Positions 42,896-52,704 of a stretch of DNA of 64,000 nucleotides are shown one piece after another (position 1 is the stretch's first letter; every line of letters begins with the position of its first letter). The stretch lies in assembly GCA_964442845.1 (NCBI GenBank), contig CAYUAX010000002.1, positions 14,360 through 78,359 of the forward strand. The letters are read 5' to 3'. The DNA is from an uncultured Bifidobacteriaceae bacterium (GTDB lineage: Bacteria; Acidobacteriota; Vicinamibacteria; Vicinamibacterales; UBA2999). The notes beneath the pieces are model-generated. The model searched no databases. It saw only the letters and a list, made by a program, of their open reading frames with translations, and had not been told where the DNA came from. The position numbers and the translations under genes are program-made.

Positions 42896-44599
42896 CTACT
42901 TGAAGGCCGGTGGCGGCACCCGCTTCCTGGTCGCCTGTTCGAAGGCGTAGGCCAGACCGAGCAGCGCCGGGTCGGCGCAATGGGCGCCGACGAAGCTCAC
43001 GCCGAACGGCCGCACCGCATCGAGTGAACCCTTGGCGCCGTCGGCGTAGTTGGCGACCATGCCGAACGGCACGGCGACGATCGGATAGCCGGCCTTGGTG
43101 GCGTAGTTCGCTCCCGCCGAGCCCGGGAAGAGCAGCGCGTCGAGCCGATGCGCGTTCAACGCCGCGTCCAGCCCCTGATCGCGCGTGAGCCGCAGGTCCG
43201 CCTGGCGATCGCGTTCGTAGCGGGCCCGGTCCCGCGCCAGATCGGCCCCGTCCGCGAAGTCGAGCCGGCCCTGGCCGTAGCGCATCGCGCCGCGGTCGCG
43301 GTTCGCCTCGTTCCAGGCGCGCAGATCGGCGAGCGTCTTGACCGGCGCGGTGGGACCGAGCGACGCCAGCCACAGGTTGAAGTCGCGCTTCATGCCGTAG
43401 CGCAGCACCTGCGAGCAGAGGTCGTCGGCCGGGCGGCCCACGAACGGCGCCTCGCAGATCGCGTGCGATGTCAGGTTGTCGGCCGGATCGGCCGCCACCA
43501 TGCTGGGCAGGTCGGCCGGATCGACGATCTCGGCGCCGGCCTGCTTCAGGGCAGCGATTGCCGCCTCCATGGCGGCCAGCTCGTCGGGCTTCAGGCCGGG
43601 AAAGGGCCGCGCCTGGCCCGGGAAGACATGGGCGGTGTAGATGCCGGCGCGAGGAATGCCGATCCGCGCCCCGGCGAGGGCATCGGCCTTCAGGAACGGC
43701 GTGTAGTCGTTGCCCGGGGGCGCGGTGCACTCGCGGGTGCGGCTGTCCCGCGGGTCCGGTGCGCCTTCCATGACGCCGAGCATGAGGGCGGCATCGGCGA
43801 CCGACCTGGTCATCGGCCCGGCCGTGTCCTGGTCGAGCGTCAACGGGATGATGCCGTGGCGGCTGATGCGTCCCGTGCTGGGCCGCAACCCGACCAGCAT
43901 GGTGAAATTCGACGGCCCCTCGATCGACCCGCCAGTGCTCGTGCCGACGTTGGCCGCCCACAGGTTGGCGGCCACGCCGCCGCCCGAGCTCGACCCGCTG
44001 GTCTCGAGCACCGGCGTGCCGTCGTCGTTGGCGCGGGGATCGTACGGGTTGTAGCTCTGGCCCACCGCGGCGTTGTAGCCGCCGGGGCGGAAGGCCGTGC
44101 CGAACCAGCCGGCCAGTTCGCTCAGCGTCGACTTGGCGAGGACGATCGCCCCAGCCCGCTTCAGGTTCGTGGCGAGGGTCGCCTCGTAGGGTGCCCGGTA
44201 GTGCCGGAACAGCAGCATGCCGCCGGTCGTCGGCATGTCGTCGGTGGTCAGGATGTTGTCCTTGAGGGCGATCGGGATGCCGTGCAACGGGCCGCGCAGG
44301 CGGCCGGCGGCGCGTTCGCGGTCGAGCGCGTCGGCTTCGGCGAGCGCGTGCGGGTTGATCGACACCGCGGCGTTCAGGGTGTCCTCGTAGAGCCCGATGC
44401 GCGTGAGGTACTGGGTGACGATTTCGCGCGACGTCGTTCGCCCGTCGCGCATCGCCGCCTGCATCTCGGCCATCGACGTCTCGACGACGTTGAACGGGGG
44501 CGGCGGGGGCGCCACCGGCCCGGCGCACGACGCCGCGGCCGCGGCCGCGATGAGGCCGACCGTGAATCCTGTGACCGTCGAGACGCGAAGCGCCGTCAT
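42896..44599 (-). CDS. amidase-signature family amidase, lipoprotein-type signal
   Basis: ATG checked at 44599. AAAAASCAG lipobox-like motif. IALKDN and GSSSGGG...GTSTGGSI amidase-signature motifs. Confidence 0.92.
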   Translation of the reverse strand: MTALRVSTVTGFTVGLIAAAAAASCAGPVAPPPPPFNVVETSMAEMQAAMRDGRTTSREIVTQYLTRIGLYEDTLNAAVSINPHALAEADALDRERAAGRLRGPLHGIPIALKDNILTTDDMPTTGGMLLFRHYRAPYEATLATNLKRAGAIVLAKSTLSELAGWFGTAFRPGGYNAAVGQSYNPYDPRANDDGTPVLETSGSSSGGGVAANLWAANVGTSTGGSIEGPSNFTMLVGLRPSTGRISRHGIIPLTLDQDTAGPMTRSVADAALMLGVMEGAPDPRDSRTRECTAPPGNDYTPFLKADALAGARIGIPRAGIYTAHVFPGQARPFPGLKPDELAAMEAAIAALKQAGAEIVDPADLPSMVAADPADNLTSHAICEAPFVGRPADDLCSQVLRYGMKRDFNLWLASLGPTAPVKTLADLRAWNEANRDRGAMRYGQGRLDFADGADLARDRARYERDRQADLRLTRDQGLDAALNAHRLDALLFPGSAGANYATKAGYPIVAVPFGMVANYADGAKGSLDAVRPFGVSFVGAHCADPALLGLAYAFEQATRKRVPPPAFK

Positions 44600-44665
44600 G
44601 GCGAAAGTATAGGCCGCGCTCCTGCGGGCCGCCGCTTCGGGTAGGATTTCGCCCGGAGCGACCTC

Positions 44666-46636
44666 GTGATGATGCACACGCATGGCAGAGCATTCGCCGC
44701 CCTGCTGTCCGCCGCCCTCGCCTCGGCGTTGATGCCGGTGGCGGCCGGATCGAATCTGGCCGCCGAACCCGGAGTCGCCGTGCTCGTCGTCGACACCGAT
44801 CGCCGCGCCGGCCGGATCGATCGCAACGTCTACGGCCAGTTCCTCGAGCACATCAACCACGCCGTGGTCGACGGGCTGTTCGCCGAGCAGATTCGTGGCG
44901 CCGGCTTCGAAGCCGAGGACTTCGCCACGTATTGGACCGCGTTCGGCGACGCGGACGCCGTCCGGCTCGTCGACGTGCCGTTCGAGAAGGGCTCGCGCAG
45001 CGTCCGGATCGCGGCGCGTCGAACCGCGGCGGGCATCAGGCAGGGTCGCGTGCATCTCCAGAACGGACTCGACTATTCGGGATCCGCCTGGCTGAAGGTC
45101 GAGGCCGGGTCGCCGCGCGTCTCGCTGCGCATCCGCGCCGCCGACGGCGCCCTGCTGCGGGAGGTGCCGCTGGTCACCTCCGGGGCGGCGTGGCGCGAGG
45201 TGCCGTTCTCCTTCACCAGTCCGCGGACCGACACCGCCGGCGTGGTCGAACTCGCGGTCGTCGGCACCGGTGCGGTGGTGGTCGATTTCGTGTCCTTGAT
45301 GCGCGCCGACGTCCGCGGCGCCGGCATGCTGCGGCCCGACCTGCTGGCCGCCCTCCGCGGGCTGGCGCCGCCGTTCATCCGCTGGCCCGGCGGGTCGTTC
45401 GCGTCGACCTACAAGTGGAAGGACGGCATCGGTCCGCACGCCTCGCGCACCTATCACCCCAACGTGATGTGGGGCGGCTATTCCGACTACTACGGGTTCG
45501 GCACCGACGAGTTCATGGGCCTCACCCGCCAGCTCGGCAGCGACGCGATGATCGTCCTCCCGGCCCCCGACACCGACGCCGCGTCGGTGCAGTACGCCAT
45601 GGACTGGGTGCACTACCTCATCGATCCGCCGACCACCGAGTGGGGGGCGCAACGCGCGAAGAACGGGCACCCCGAGCCGTACGACGTCCGCTACTTCCAG
45701 ATCGACAACGAGCCGATGAACAACGGCTTCACGGCCGAACGCTATGCCGAGGTCGTCAACGTCTACGGCAGCCGCCTGCGCCAGATCGCCCCCGGCGCCA
45801 GGATCGTCGCCTGCGGCCAGAAGCGATCGAACGACATGGCATGGAGCCAGACGGTGATCGACCTGGCCGGGGCCAACTTCGACGTCCTCGGGGTTCACAA
45901 CTACGAGTACGAGAGCGACCGCTACCACACCGGCCTCCGCCGCATCGGCGACTACCTCGTCAAGCTGCGCGACTACGTGCGCGCGTCAGCGCACCCGAAG
46001 ATCGAGATCGCGGTGCTCGAATGGAACCTCAGCCGCACCTACGACTGGCGGGCCGGGCTGCATGCGGCCGGCAGCCTGATGCTCTACGAGTCGCTCGGCC
46101 CCGAGCTGACCATGGCCGCCCCGGCGCTGCTGATGCGCAACACCACCGACGACCCGACCTGGACCGCGTTCATCTACCACGACCACGTCAGCTGGTTCCC
46201 CGGCGCCGCCTACGTCGTCGCGAAGCTGTTCCAGGAGCACTACGCCGACACCTACCTCGGATCCACGCGCGGCACCTTTCGCGACGCCGAGCGGCGCCTG
46301 CTGCTCGACGAGGTGCCCACCGCGAAGCCCGAGGCCTGGCAGCCCGACACGGTGGACGCAGTGGTGACGGCCAGCGCCGACGGGCGACGCCTCGTGATCA
46401 AGGCCGTCAACTACGACGCCAGCCGGCACACCCTGCTGACGCGGCTGCTCGGGTCCCGGGTGCCGTCGGCCGCCACGGTCACGGTGCACACGGTGGCGGC
46501 GGCGCCCACCGAGGCGGCGTCGCTGGCCGACCCGGACCGCATCCGGCCGGTGACGCGCACCATGCCCTGGAGCCGCGACCTGACGCTCGAACTCGAGCCC
46601 TACTCCGTGGCGGTGGTGGCGATTACCGCGCAGTGA
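44666..46636 (+). CDS. GH51-like alpha-L-arabinofuranosidase family glycoside hydrolase
   Basis: Signal peptide. GQFLEHINH, IRWPGGSFASTYKW, YFQIDNEP and EWN motifs in GH51-like order. The track start at 44666 is a GTG; ATGs lie at 44669 and 44672. Confidence 0.8.
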   Translation: MMMHTHGRAFAALLSAALASALMPVAAGSNLAAEPGVAVLVVDTDRRAGRIDRNVYGQFLEHINHAVVDGLFAEQIRGAGFEAEDFATYWTAFGDADAVRLVDVPFEKGSRSVRIAARRTAAGIRQGRVHLQNGLDYSGSAWLKVEAGSPRVSLRIRAADGALLREVPLVTSGAAWREVPFSFTSPRTDTAGVVELAVVGTGAVVVDFVSLMRADVRGAGMLRPDLLAALRGLAPPFIRWPGGSFASTYKWKDGIGPHASRTYHPNVMWGGYSDYYGFGTDEFMGLTRQLGSDAMIVLPAPDTDAASVQYAMDWVHYLIDPPTTEWGAQRAKNGHPEPYDVRYFQIDNEPMNNGFTAERYAEVVNVYGSRLRQIAPGARIVACGQKRSNDMAWSQTVIDLAGANFDVLGVHNYEYESDRYHTGLRRIGDYLVKLRDYVRASAHPKIEIAVLEWNLSRTYDWRAGLHAAGSLMLYESLGPELTMAAPALLMRNTTDDPTWTAFIYHDHVSWFPGAAYVVAKLFQEHYADTYLGSTRGTFRDAERRLLLDEVPTAKPEAWQPDTVDAVVTASADGRRLVIKAVNYDASRHTLLTRLLGSRVPSAATVTVHTVAAAPTEAASLADPDRIRPVTRTMPWSRDLTLELEPYSVAVVAITAQ

Positions 46637-46651
46637 CGCGCCGCCGCCGCG

Positions 46652-47641
46652 TCAGCGGCGGGCGAGGTCGGCGGCTTGGCGGAGCGCTTCGATGAGGCTG
46701 CGCTCGTCGGCGACGCCCGTGCCGGCGATGTCGAAGGCCGTGCCGTGGTCCACCGACGTGCGCACCACGGGCAGCCCGACGGTGATGTTCACCCCGGACT
46801 CGAGACCGAGCACCTTGATCGGACCGTGGCCCTGGTCGTGGTACATCGCGACGACGATGTCGTAGTCGCCGCGCGCCGCCAGGTAGAACAGCGTGTCGGC
46901 GGGCAGCGGACCAGTGACGTCGATGCCGCGCGCCCGCGCTCGCATCACCGCCGGGGCGATCTTCGCCGCTTCCTCGCCGCGGCCGAACAGGCCGTTCTCG
47001 CCGGCATGGGGATTGATGCCGCAAACGCCGATGCGTGGATGGGCGAGGCCAGCCTTCCGGAGGGTGTCGTGCGCGCGGTCGATGACCCGCTCGACCAACG
47101 CGGCGTCGATGCGCTCGATGGCGTCGAGCAGGCCGATGTGCGTGGTCACGTGGATGACCCGCAGCTTCGGCGTCGACAGCATCATCGACACCTCAGGGGT
47201 CCCGGTCAGCGCTGCCAGCAGTTCCGTGTGCCCCGGATAGGCGTGCCCGGCGGCGTGCAGCGCCTCCTTGCTGATCGGCCCGGTGCAGATCGCCTGCGCG
47301 TCCCCGGCCTCGACGATGCGCACGGCGCGCTCGATGAAGCGAAACGCGGCCTCGCCGGCGATGGCCGAGGTGCGGCCGAACGGCAGGTCCGCCGGGACGA
47401 GCGCGAGGTCGATGCACTGCACGCGGCCTGCCTCGAAGGTCGCCTCCGCTGGCTGGTGCAGGCTGTCCACCGGCAGGCGGGCGCCGACGATGTCGCCGGC
47501 CTGACGCAGGCGCGCCGCGTCGCCCACCACCAGCGGCCGGCACAACGCGTGCACCTGGGCATCCGCCAGGGCCTTCATGACGATCTCGGGTCCGATGCCG
47601 GCGGCATCTCCCATGGTGATGGCGATGGTCGGCAGGGTCAT
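46652..47641 (-). CDS. pdxA2: PdxA-family 4-hydroxy-acid-4-phosphate dehydrogenase (PdxA2-type by context)
   Basis: GDAAGIGPEI, GHTELL, GINPHAGE and HDQGHGP. The ATG overlaps the stop of the upstream kinase gene (ATGA at 47638-47641). Confidence 0.9.
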   Translation of the reverse strand: MTLPTIAITMGDAAGIGPEIVMKALADAQVHALCRPLVVGDAARLRQAGDIVGARLPVDSLHQPAEATFEAGRVQCIDLALVPADLPFGRTSAIAGEAAFRFIERAVRIVEAGDAQAICTGPISKEALHAAGHAYPGHTELLAALTGTPEVSMMLSTPKLRVIHVTTHIGLLDAIERIDAALVERVIDRAHDTLRKAGLAHPRIGVCGINPHAGENGLFGRGEEAAKIAPAVMRARARGIDVTGPLPADTLFYLAARGDYDIVVAMYHDQGHGPIKVLGLESGVNITVGLPVVRTSVDHGTAFDIAGTGVADERSLIEALRQAADLARR

Positions 47642-48885
47642 GCGGAGGGTCGGAGTGCGTGCAGGGCGTCGAGGCAGCGGCGCAGGCTGTGCTCGTCGCC
47701 GAAGGCGCCGGGCTTGGTGACGAGGGGCACTTCGACGGCGCCCCGTGTGAGGCCGAGCGCGACGCCCGGTTCGAGTTCGTCGAGCAGCCGGATGCCGTGC
47801 ACTTTACACTGCGCCAGCAGCACCGCGGCCGTCTCGCCGCCGGTGACGACCAGCGCGCCCATCCGCCCCAGCCCGTCGGCCAGGGCGGCGGCGAAACTGC
47901 GGAGATAGCCTGAGTCGAGCGCGCCGCCGGTCACCGCGGGGCCGTCGAGCATCGCCACGACGGTGTCGCCGTGGGCCAGCCGCTCGCCGATCTCAGCGGC
48001 GACCTGCGCGCCCACGGCCGCGTGGCCGGCCGGGCTCGCCAGTGTGATCGACACGAGGTGCGTCCGGTCGAGCGTCCCGAGGCGCCGCGCCGACTCGCGC
48101 GACACCGGGGCCGCGGTGCCCACCGCGATCAGCGTGCCCCCCGTCGTTGGCTCGAAGCGGAGACCGGTCGTGGGCGACCCGGGCAAGGCGCGGGCGAGCG
48201 CGTTTGCGAGGCCCGCGGTGCCGGCGAAGAACCCCGGTGGCCAGGCGCGAGCCGCGGCCACGAGGCGGCCGAGGTCGTCGTCGGTCTCGGCGTCGCCGAT
48301 GAGGATTGTGTCGGCGGCCGCGCCGGACGCGGCGGCAGCCAGGAACGCGTGGCGAACTGCCGAGTCGTCGCCGCGCAGCGCCGCCACTGGCAGCGAGATG
48401 GCGCGCAGCCCGGCCGACCGCGCGATGGCGGCAAGATCGGCGTCGGGATACGAGTGTTCGCGATTCCAGGTGACGGTGTCTTCGAGCGGCTGGCCGTCGA
48501 CGAATACGCGGCCGCCGCGGGTGGTCCGGCGCATGGCGGGATTGGCCGGCGCGAGCAGTCCCCACGAGGGGCGGCCGCGTTCGCGCAGAGCCGCCGAGAT
48601 CGCGGCCAGCTCGGCGGCCGGCTGGCCGCGGAGCGTGGAATCGATCTTCTTGAACAGCGTCCGCTCAGGCAGGAGGGCGCGGCGCACCGCGTCGCCGTGC
48701 CGTGCCGCCGCCTCGGCCGCGGTGGCAGCCCGACTGTCGAGATCGAGCGCGAGCACGGCCAGTCCGTCCTCCGCCCACGCGTCGTCCCAGCGCACCCCGG
48801 TGGCGTGACCGCGCCGCGCGAAAGCCACGCCCGCGTCGGCGGCGCCGCTGCGATCGTCGGCGAGGATGAGCCAGCGCGGGATCAC
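47638..48885 (-). CDS. four-carbon acid sugar kinase (DUF1537 family)
   Basis: The GTG at 48885 overlaps the permease stop (GTGA). [15 protein letters not shown]-terminus, [17 protein letters not shown]. Tail of track ORF 47638..49770. Confidence 0.88.
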   Translation of the reverse strand: MIPRWLILADDRSGAADAGVAFARRGHATGVRWDDAWAEDGLAVLALDLDSRAATAAEAAARHGDAVRRALLPERTLFKKIDSTLRGQPAAELAAISAALRERGRPSWGLLAPANPAMRRTTRGGRVFVDGQPLEDTVTWNREHSYPDADLAAIARSAGLRAISLPVAALRGDDSAVRHAFLAAAASGAAADTILIGDAETDDDLGRLVAAARAWPPGFFAGTAGLANALARALPGSPTTGLRFEPTTGGTLIAVGTAAPVSRESARRLGTLDRTHLVSITLASPAGHAAVGAQVAAEIGERLAHGDTVVAMLDGPAVTGGALDSGYLRSFAAALADGLGRMGALVVTGGETAAVLLAQCKVHGIRLLDELEPGVALGLTRGAVEVPLVTKPGAFGDEHSLRRCLDALHALRPSA

Positions 48886-49838
48886 GCCCGGCCGACCCGC
48901 GCCGCCGTCCAGGCCGTGAGCACCGGGACCACGATGGCCGTGACGACCACGCAGGCGGCGACCAGCACGGTGGCCTGGCCGGCGGCATCGGCATAGGCCG
49001 GATTGGCGCTGGCGACGATGGCCGGCACCGCCACCGCGTTGCCGGCGGTGGAGGCCGCGGCCACGCCGGCCACGCCGGTGCCTCCGGTGAGACGATCGGC
49101 GACGAACAGCGGGAGGCCGGTGACCACCACCACCGCCAGGCCCAGACCGAGGCCGAGCAGCCCGGCCTGCCACACCTTGGCGAGATCGAGGCTGGCGCCG
49201 AGCGCGAACGCGAAGAACGGAATCAGCACCGGGATGGCGCGGCCGAGGAACTCGCGCATCTCGCGATCGAGGTTGCCGATCAGCATGCCGACGGCCAGCG
49301 GCAGGATGCCGCCGACGAGAGTCGGCCACGGAAACGCCGAGAGGCCGGCGACGCCGAGCGTGACCATGGTGAGGAACGGTCCCGACTCCAGCGACATCAC
49401 GCTGTAGGCGCCGACGTCGCGCGGCTGGCCGTACTGGCCCATGAGCGCCATGTACAAGCCGCCGTTGGTGTCGTTCATCGCGGCGACGATGGCCAGCGTC
49501 GAGACGCCCGCGAACACGCCGGCGCTCACCGGCGCCTCGCCCAGCAGCCGGCCGAACACCACGCCCAGCACGATGCCAAGGCCGATCTTCACGGCGAACA
49601 GCGTGCCGCCCTTGCGGAGCACGTACGGCGTGGTCTCGACGCCGATGCTGGCCCCGGTGCACACGTAGAACACGGCGAGAATCGGCAGCGCGCCGGTGAA
49701 CAGCGCGCCGGTGAAGGAGCCGAAGAACGCCGGCGTCCCGGGGGCGAACGTCGCGACCAGGGCGCCGCACAGCAACGGCACCACCATCATGCCGCCGGGC
49801 ACGGCGTCGATCGCCCGTTTGATGGGGAGGTGAGTCAT
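48882..49838 (-). CDS. kdgT: KdgT-family (2-keto-3-deoxygluconate-type) permease
   Basis: 318-aa polytopic protein: [23 protein letters not shown]... ATG checked at 49838. Confidence 0.85.
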   Translation of the reverse strand: MTHLPIKRAIDAVPGGMMVVPLLCGALVATFAPGTPAFFGSFTGALFTGALPILAVFYVCTGASIGVETTPYVLRKGGTLFAVKIGLGIVLGVVFGRLLGEAPVSAGVFAGVSTLAIVAAMNDTNGGLYMALMGQYGQPRDVGAYSVMSLESGPFLTMVTLGVAGLSAFPWPTLVGGILPLAVGMLIGNLDREMREFLGRAIPVLIPFFAFALGASLDLAKVWQAGLLGLGLGLAVVVVTGLPLFVADRLTGGTGVAGVAAASTAGNAVAVPAIVASANPAYADAAGQATVLVAACVVVTAIVVPVLTAWTAARVGRA

Positions 49839-49860
49839 CGGATGGGCGGCGGGGCAGTCA

Positions 49861-50301
49861 TCACGGCGTGAGCAGCGCGAGCAACGCGCCGCTCGCCAGC
49901 AGCACCCCGAGTCCGAGGATGGCCCAGCCGGTGGCCGGTCCGTGCCGCTCGAGATACGCGTCGCGCGGGTCGAGCGGGTTGTACCACACGTCCACGTCGT
50001 CGGGAATCATCGCCACGCGGCGCTCGGCAACGGCCCTCTTGACGGGCGACACCGTGAACGCTTGGCGATCGCCGCGATGTTCGGTGCCATCGACCACGTA
50101 GCGATAGGTGACGCGCGGAGCGTAGCCGCCGCCCTCGCCGGTGCGCCCTTCAGTGGCGTCGCCGACCAGCACGACCTGCCGATCGACGACTCGTCCGGGC
50201 GCCCGCCTGAACGAGCGCATCCGGTGCGCCAGCGCCAGATAGCGAGCGCCGACGAAGGCGAAGACGGCGCCGAGGGCGAAGGCGAAGGCCGCTGTTGCCA
50301 C
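49861..50301 (-). CDS. DUF3592-like membrane protein
   Basis: N- and C-terminal TM helices flank [20 protein letters not shown] start. Confidence 0.65.
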   Translation of the reverse strand: MATAAFAFALGAVFAFVGARYLALAHRMRSFRRAPGRVVDRQVVLVGDATEGRTGEGGGYAPRVTYRYVVDGTEHRGDRQAFTVSPVKRAVAERRVAMIPDDVDVWYNPLDPRDAYLERHGPATGWAILGLGVLLASGALLALLTP

Positions 50302-50455
50302 GGCCGACCGATGTTACTCGCCCGCCGCCGAGACGTGGTCGAAGCGCACCGAGCTGATGAGGAGGCGGCATCCGTCGGGGAGCCGATTCGCAATAGGCGC
50401 ACCAGCGGGTCGACTCGCTTGCAGGGTCGGCATGTCTTGCTATATGGTTACCCAT

Positions 50456-50701
50456 ATGAAGACCACCATCGAGATTGCTGCGCCGGTGCTCGAGGAAGCC
50501 AAGCGCCTGGCCCGCAGGGAGGGCGTGACTCTGCGCGTGCTGGTGGAAGAGGGGCTGCGCACGGTGGTGGCCGCTCGGAGTGCCCGCAAGGGCTTTCGAC
50601 TGAGGGACGCCGGGTTCGCGGGGAACGGCGTGCAGCCGGGCATGGACGAGGGCCGCTGGTTCGACGTGCGCGACCTCATCTACGAAGGCCGCGGCGCGTG
50701 A
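50456..50701 (+). CDS. vapB: type II antitoxin (VapB-like)
   Basis: 81 aa, MKTTIEIAAPVLEEAKRLARREGVTLRVLVEEGLR. ATG checked at 50456. The stop overlaps the PIN gene start (GTGA). Confidence 0.75.
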   Translation: MKTTIEIAAPVLEEAKRLARREGVTLRVLVEEGLRTVVAARSARKGFRLRDAGFAGNGVQPGMDEGRWFDVRDLIYEGRGA

Positions 50702-51129
50702 TTGCGGTCGACACCAACCTGCTCGTCTACGCGCACCGCAAGGACTCGCAGTGGCACGGATCGGCCGAGCCGGCCGTGCGCTCGCTCGCCGAAGGGGCGG
50801 CGCCGTGGGCGATCCCCTGGCCGTGCCTGCACGAGTTCCTGGCGATCGTGACGCACCCGCGGAACTACGCGCCGCCCACCCCGCACGCGGCAGCGGCCGC
50901 GCAGGTCGAGGCTTGGCTCGCCTCGCCGAGCCTGGTGCTGCTCACCGAAGGGCCGGGCTACTGGGACGTGCTCGGGCCGCTGCTCGACCTGTCCAAGGCG
51001 CGTGGCGGACAGGTGCACGACGCCCGCGTCGCGGCGCTCTGTCTGCACCACCGCGTCTCCGAGCTGTGGACGGCCGACCGGGATTTCTCGCGGTTCTCAG
51101 GCCTGACCACGCGCAACCCCCTCGTCTAG
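50698..51129 (+). CDS. vapC: PIN-domain ribonuclease toxin (VapC-like)
   Basis: VIAVDTNLLVYAH (N-terminal acidic residue) and ...WTADRDFSRF. 143 aa. Confidence 0.88.
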   Translation: MIAVDTNLLVYAHRKDSQWHGSAEPAVRSLAEGAAPWAIPWPCLHEFLAIVTHPRNYAPPTPHAAAAAQVEAWLASPSLVLLTEGPGYWDVLGPLLDLSKARGGQVHDARVAALCLHHRVSELWTADRDFSRFSGLTTRNPLV

Positions 51130-51130
51130 C

Positions 51131-52606
51131 ATGCGTGCCTCTGCGCCAACGGCTCTCGAGGCCCGGTCGGGACTCGATCCTTGGATCCCCGGCGACCTCC
51201 CGGCTCCCCCGACACCGCGCGGTCTGGGCTGGGTCGGCGTCGTCGGCCCCGGCGTGATCGTCCTCGGCGCGTCCATCGGCGGCGGCGAGTACCTGCTCGG
51301 GCCGACCGTGTTCGTCCGCCATGGCCTGACGCTGCTCTGGGTGACGACGATCGCGGTCTTCTTCCAGACCATCTTCAACACCGAGTTGATGCGCTACACG
51401 CTCGCCACCGGCGAGCCCGTGTTCACCGGTTTCATGCGGACGCGGCCGCACGCGACCTTCTGGGCGGTGTTCTACGCGGTCCTGTTCTTCCTGCAGGTGG
51501 GCTGGCCGGCCTCGGCCGCCGTCGCGTCGGGGGCGATCTTCTTTCTCGGCGCCGGGCGACTCCCCGGGCCCGCCGACGCCACTACGGTCTACTACATCGG
51601 GGTGGCGACGTTCCTGCTCTGCGTCGCCGTGCTGCTCGTCGGCCGACGTATCGAACGCACGCTGGAGATCGCAAACCTGGTGCTCGTGGTCTGCACGTTG
51701 GGCGGCCTGCTGGTCATGGCCGTCCTGTTCGTCCCGGGCGCGACCTGGCTGGCTGGATTCGCGGGCCTCGTCGGTTACAGCCCCTCGGCCGGCCGCTTCG
51801 ACTTTCTTCCGGCCGACGCCGACTTCTTCCTCCTCGCGGCGTTCGTCGCCTACGCCGGCGCTGGCGGCGTGTTGAACATCACGCTGTCGAACTGGGCCCG
51901 CGACAAAGGCTACGGGATGGGCCAGCGCGTCGGCTACATTCCGGCCGCGGGCGGCCAGCACGTCGACCTGGCGCCGACCGGGTACATCGTCACTCCGTCG
52001 CCCGAGAACCTGGCGCGCTGGCGCGGCTGGTGGCGCATCGTCCGCGCCGATCAGTGGGGCGTGTTCTGCGCCGGCGCGGCGATCGGCATGATGCTGCCGG
52101 CGCTGCTCTACGTCACGTATCTCCCGGCCGGCACCAACATCCAGGGGCTCGGGATCAGCGCCGCGCTCGCCGCCAGCCTCGGCGCCGCCGAGGGCGCCGT
52201 CCTCGGCCTGATCCTCGGCGTGCTCGGTGCGTGGCTGCTCTTCAAGACACAGCTTGACCTCACCGAAGCGCTGGTCCGGGCGATCACCGACATCCTGTGG
52301 ACCGGCAGCCGTCAGGTGCGCGCCTGGCGGGGCGGCGACGTGCGCGCGGTGTACTACACGGTGCTCACAATCGCGGCCGGGTGGGGCATCGTCGCGCTGC
52401 GGCTGGCACAACCCATCATCCTGCTGCAGATCGCCGCCAACGTCGCCGGCGTGGTGTTCGTCATCGCCAGCTGGCACCTGCTCTACATCAACACCCGCTA
52501 CCTGCCGGTCGAGATCCGCCCGTCGCGGGCCCGCCGGGCCATCCTGGTGGCGATGTCGGCGTTCTACGCCTTCTTCGTCGTCCAATCGGTCAGCACGCTG
52601 TTCTGA
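51131..52606 (+). CDS. Nramp-like divalent-metal/other cation transporter family membrane protein
   Basis: 491-aa polytopic protein. GPGVIVLGASIGGGEYLLGP resembles the Nramp N-terminal motif region. Starts 2 nt after the vapC stop. Confidence 0.75.
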   Translation: MRASAPTALEARSGLDPWIPGDLPAPPTPRGLGWVGVVGPGVIVLGASIGGGEYLLGPTVFVRHGLTLLWVTTIAVFFQTIFNTELMRYTLATGEPVFTGFMRTRPHATFWAVFYAVLFFLQVGWPASAAVASGAIFFLGAGRLPGPADATTVYYIGVATFLLCVAVLLVGRRIERTLEIANLVLVVCTLGGLLVMAVLFVPGATWLAGFAGLVGYSPSAGRFDFLPADADFFLLAAFVAYAGAGGVLNITLSNWARDKGYGMGQRVGYIPAAGGQHVDLAPTGYIVTPSPENLARWRGWWRIVRADQWGVFCAGAAIGMMLPALLYVTYLPAGTNIQGLGISAALAASLGAAEGAVLGLILGVLGAWLLFKTQLDLTEALVRAITDILWTGSRQVRAWRGGDVRAVYYTVLTIAAGWGIVALRLAQPIILLQIAANVAGVVFVIASWHLLYINTRYLPVEIRPSRARRAILVAMSAFYAFFVVQSVSTLF

Positions 52607-52608
52607 CC
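52591..52608. repeat. 18-nt exact direct repeat, copy 1 (includes the Nramp-like stop codon)
   Basis: CAGCACGCTGTTCTGACC; the identical 18-mer recurs at 53679-53696. Confidence 0.8.
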
Positions 52609-52704
52609 GCGATCATCGGCGTGGCCTGCCGTCTCGCGCCCCCACCCGACTCGCGTAGAATCACCGCGCCCGAGTCTTCCCTGGCCGGCAGCAGGAGCGA
52701 TGAG

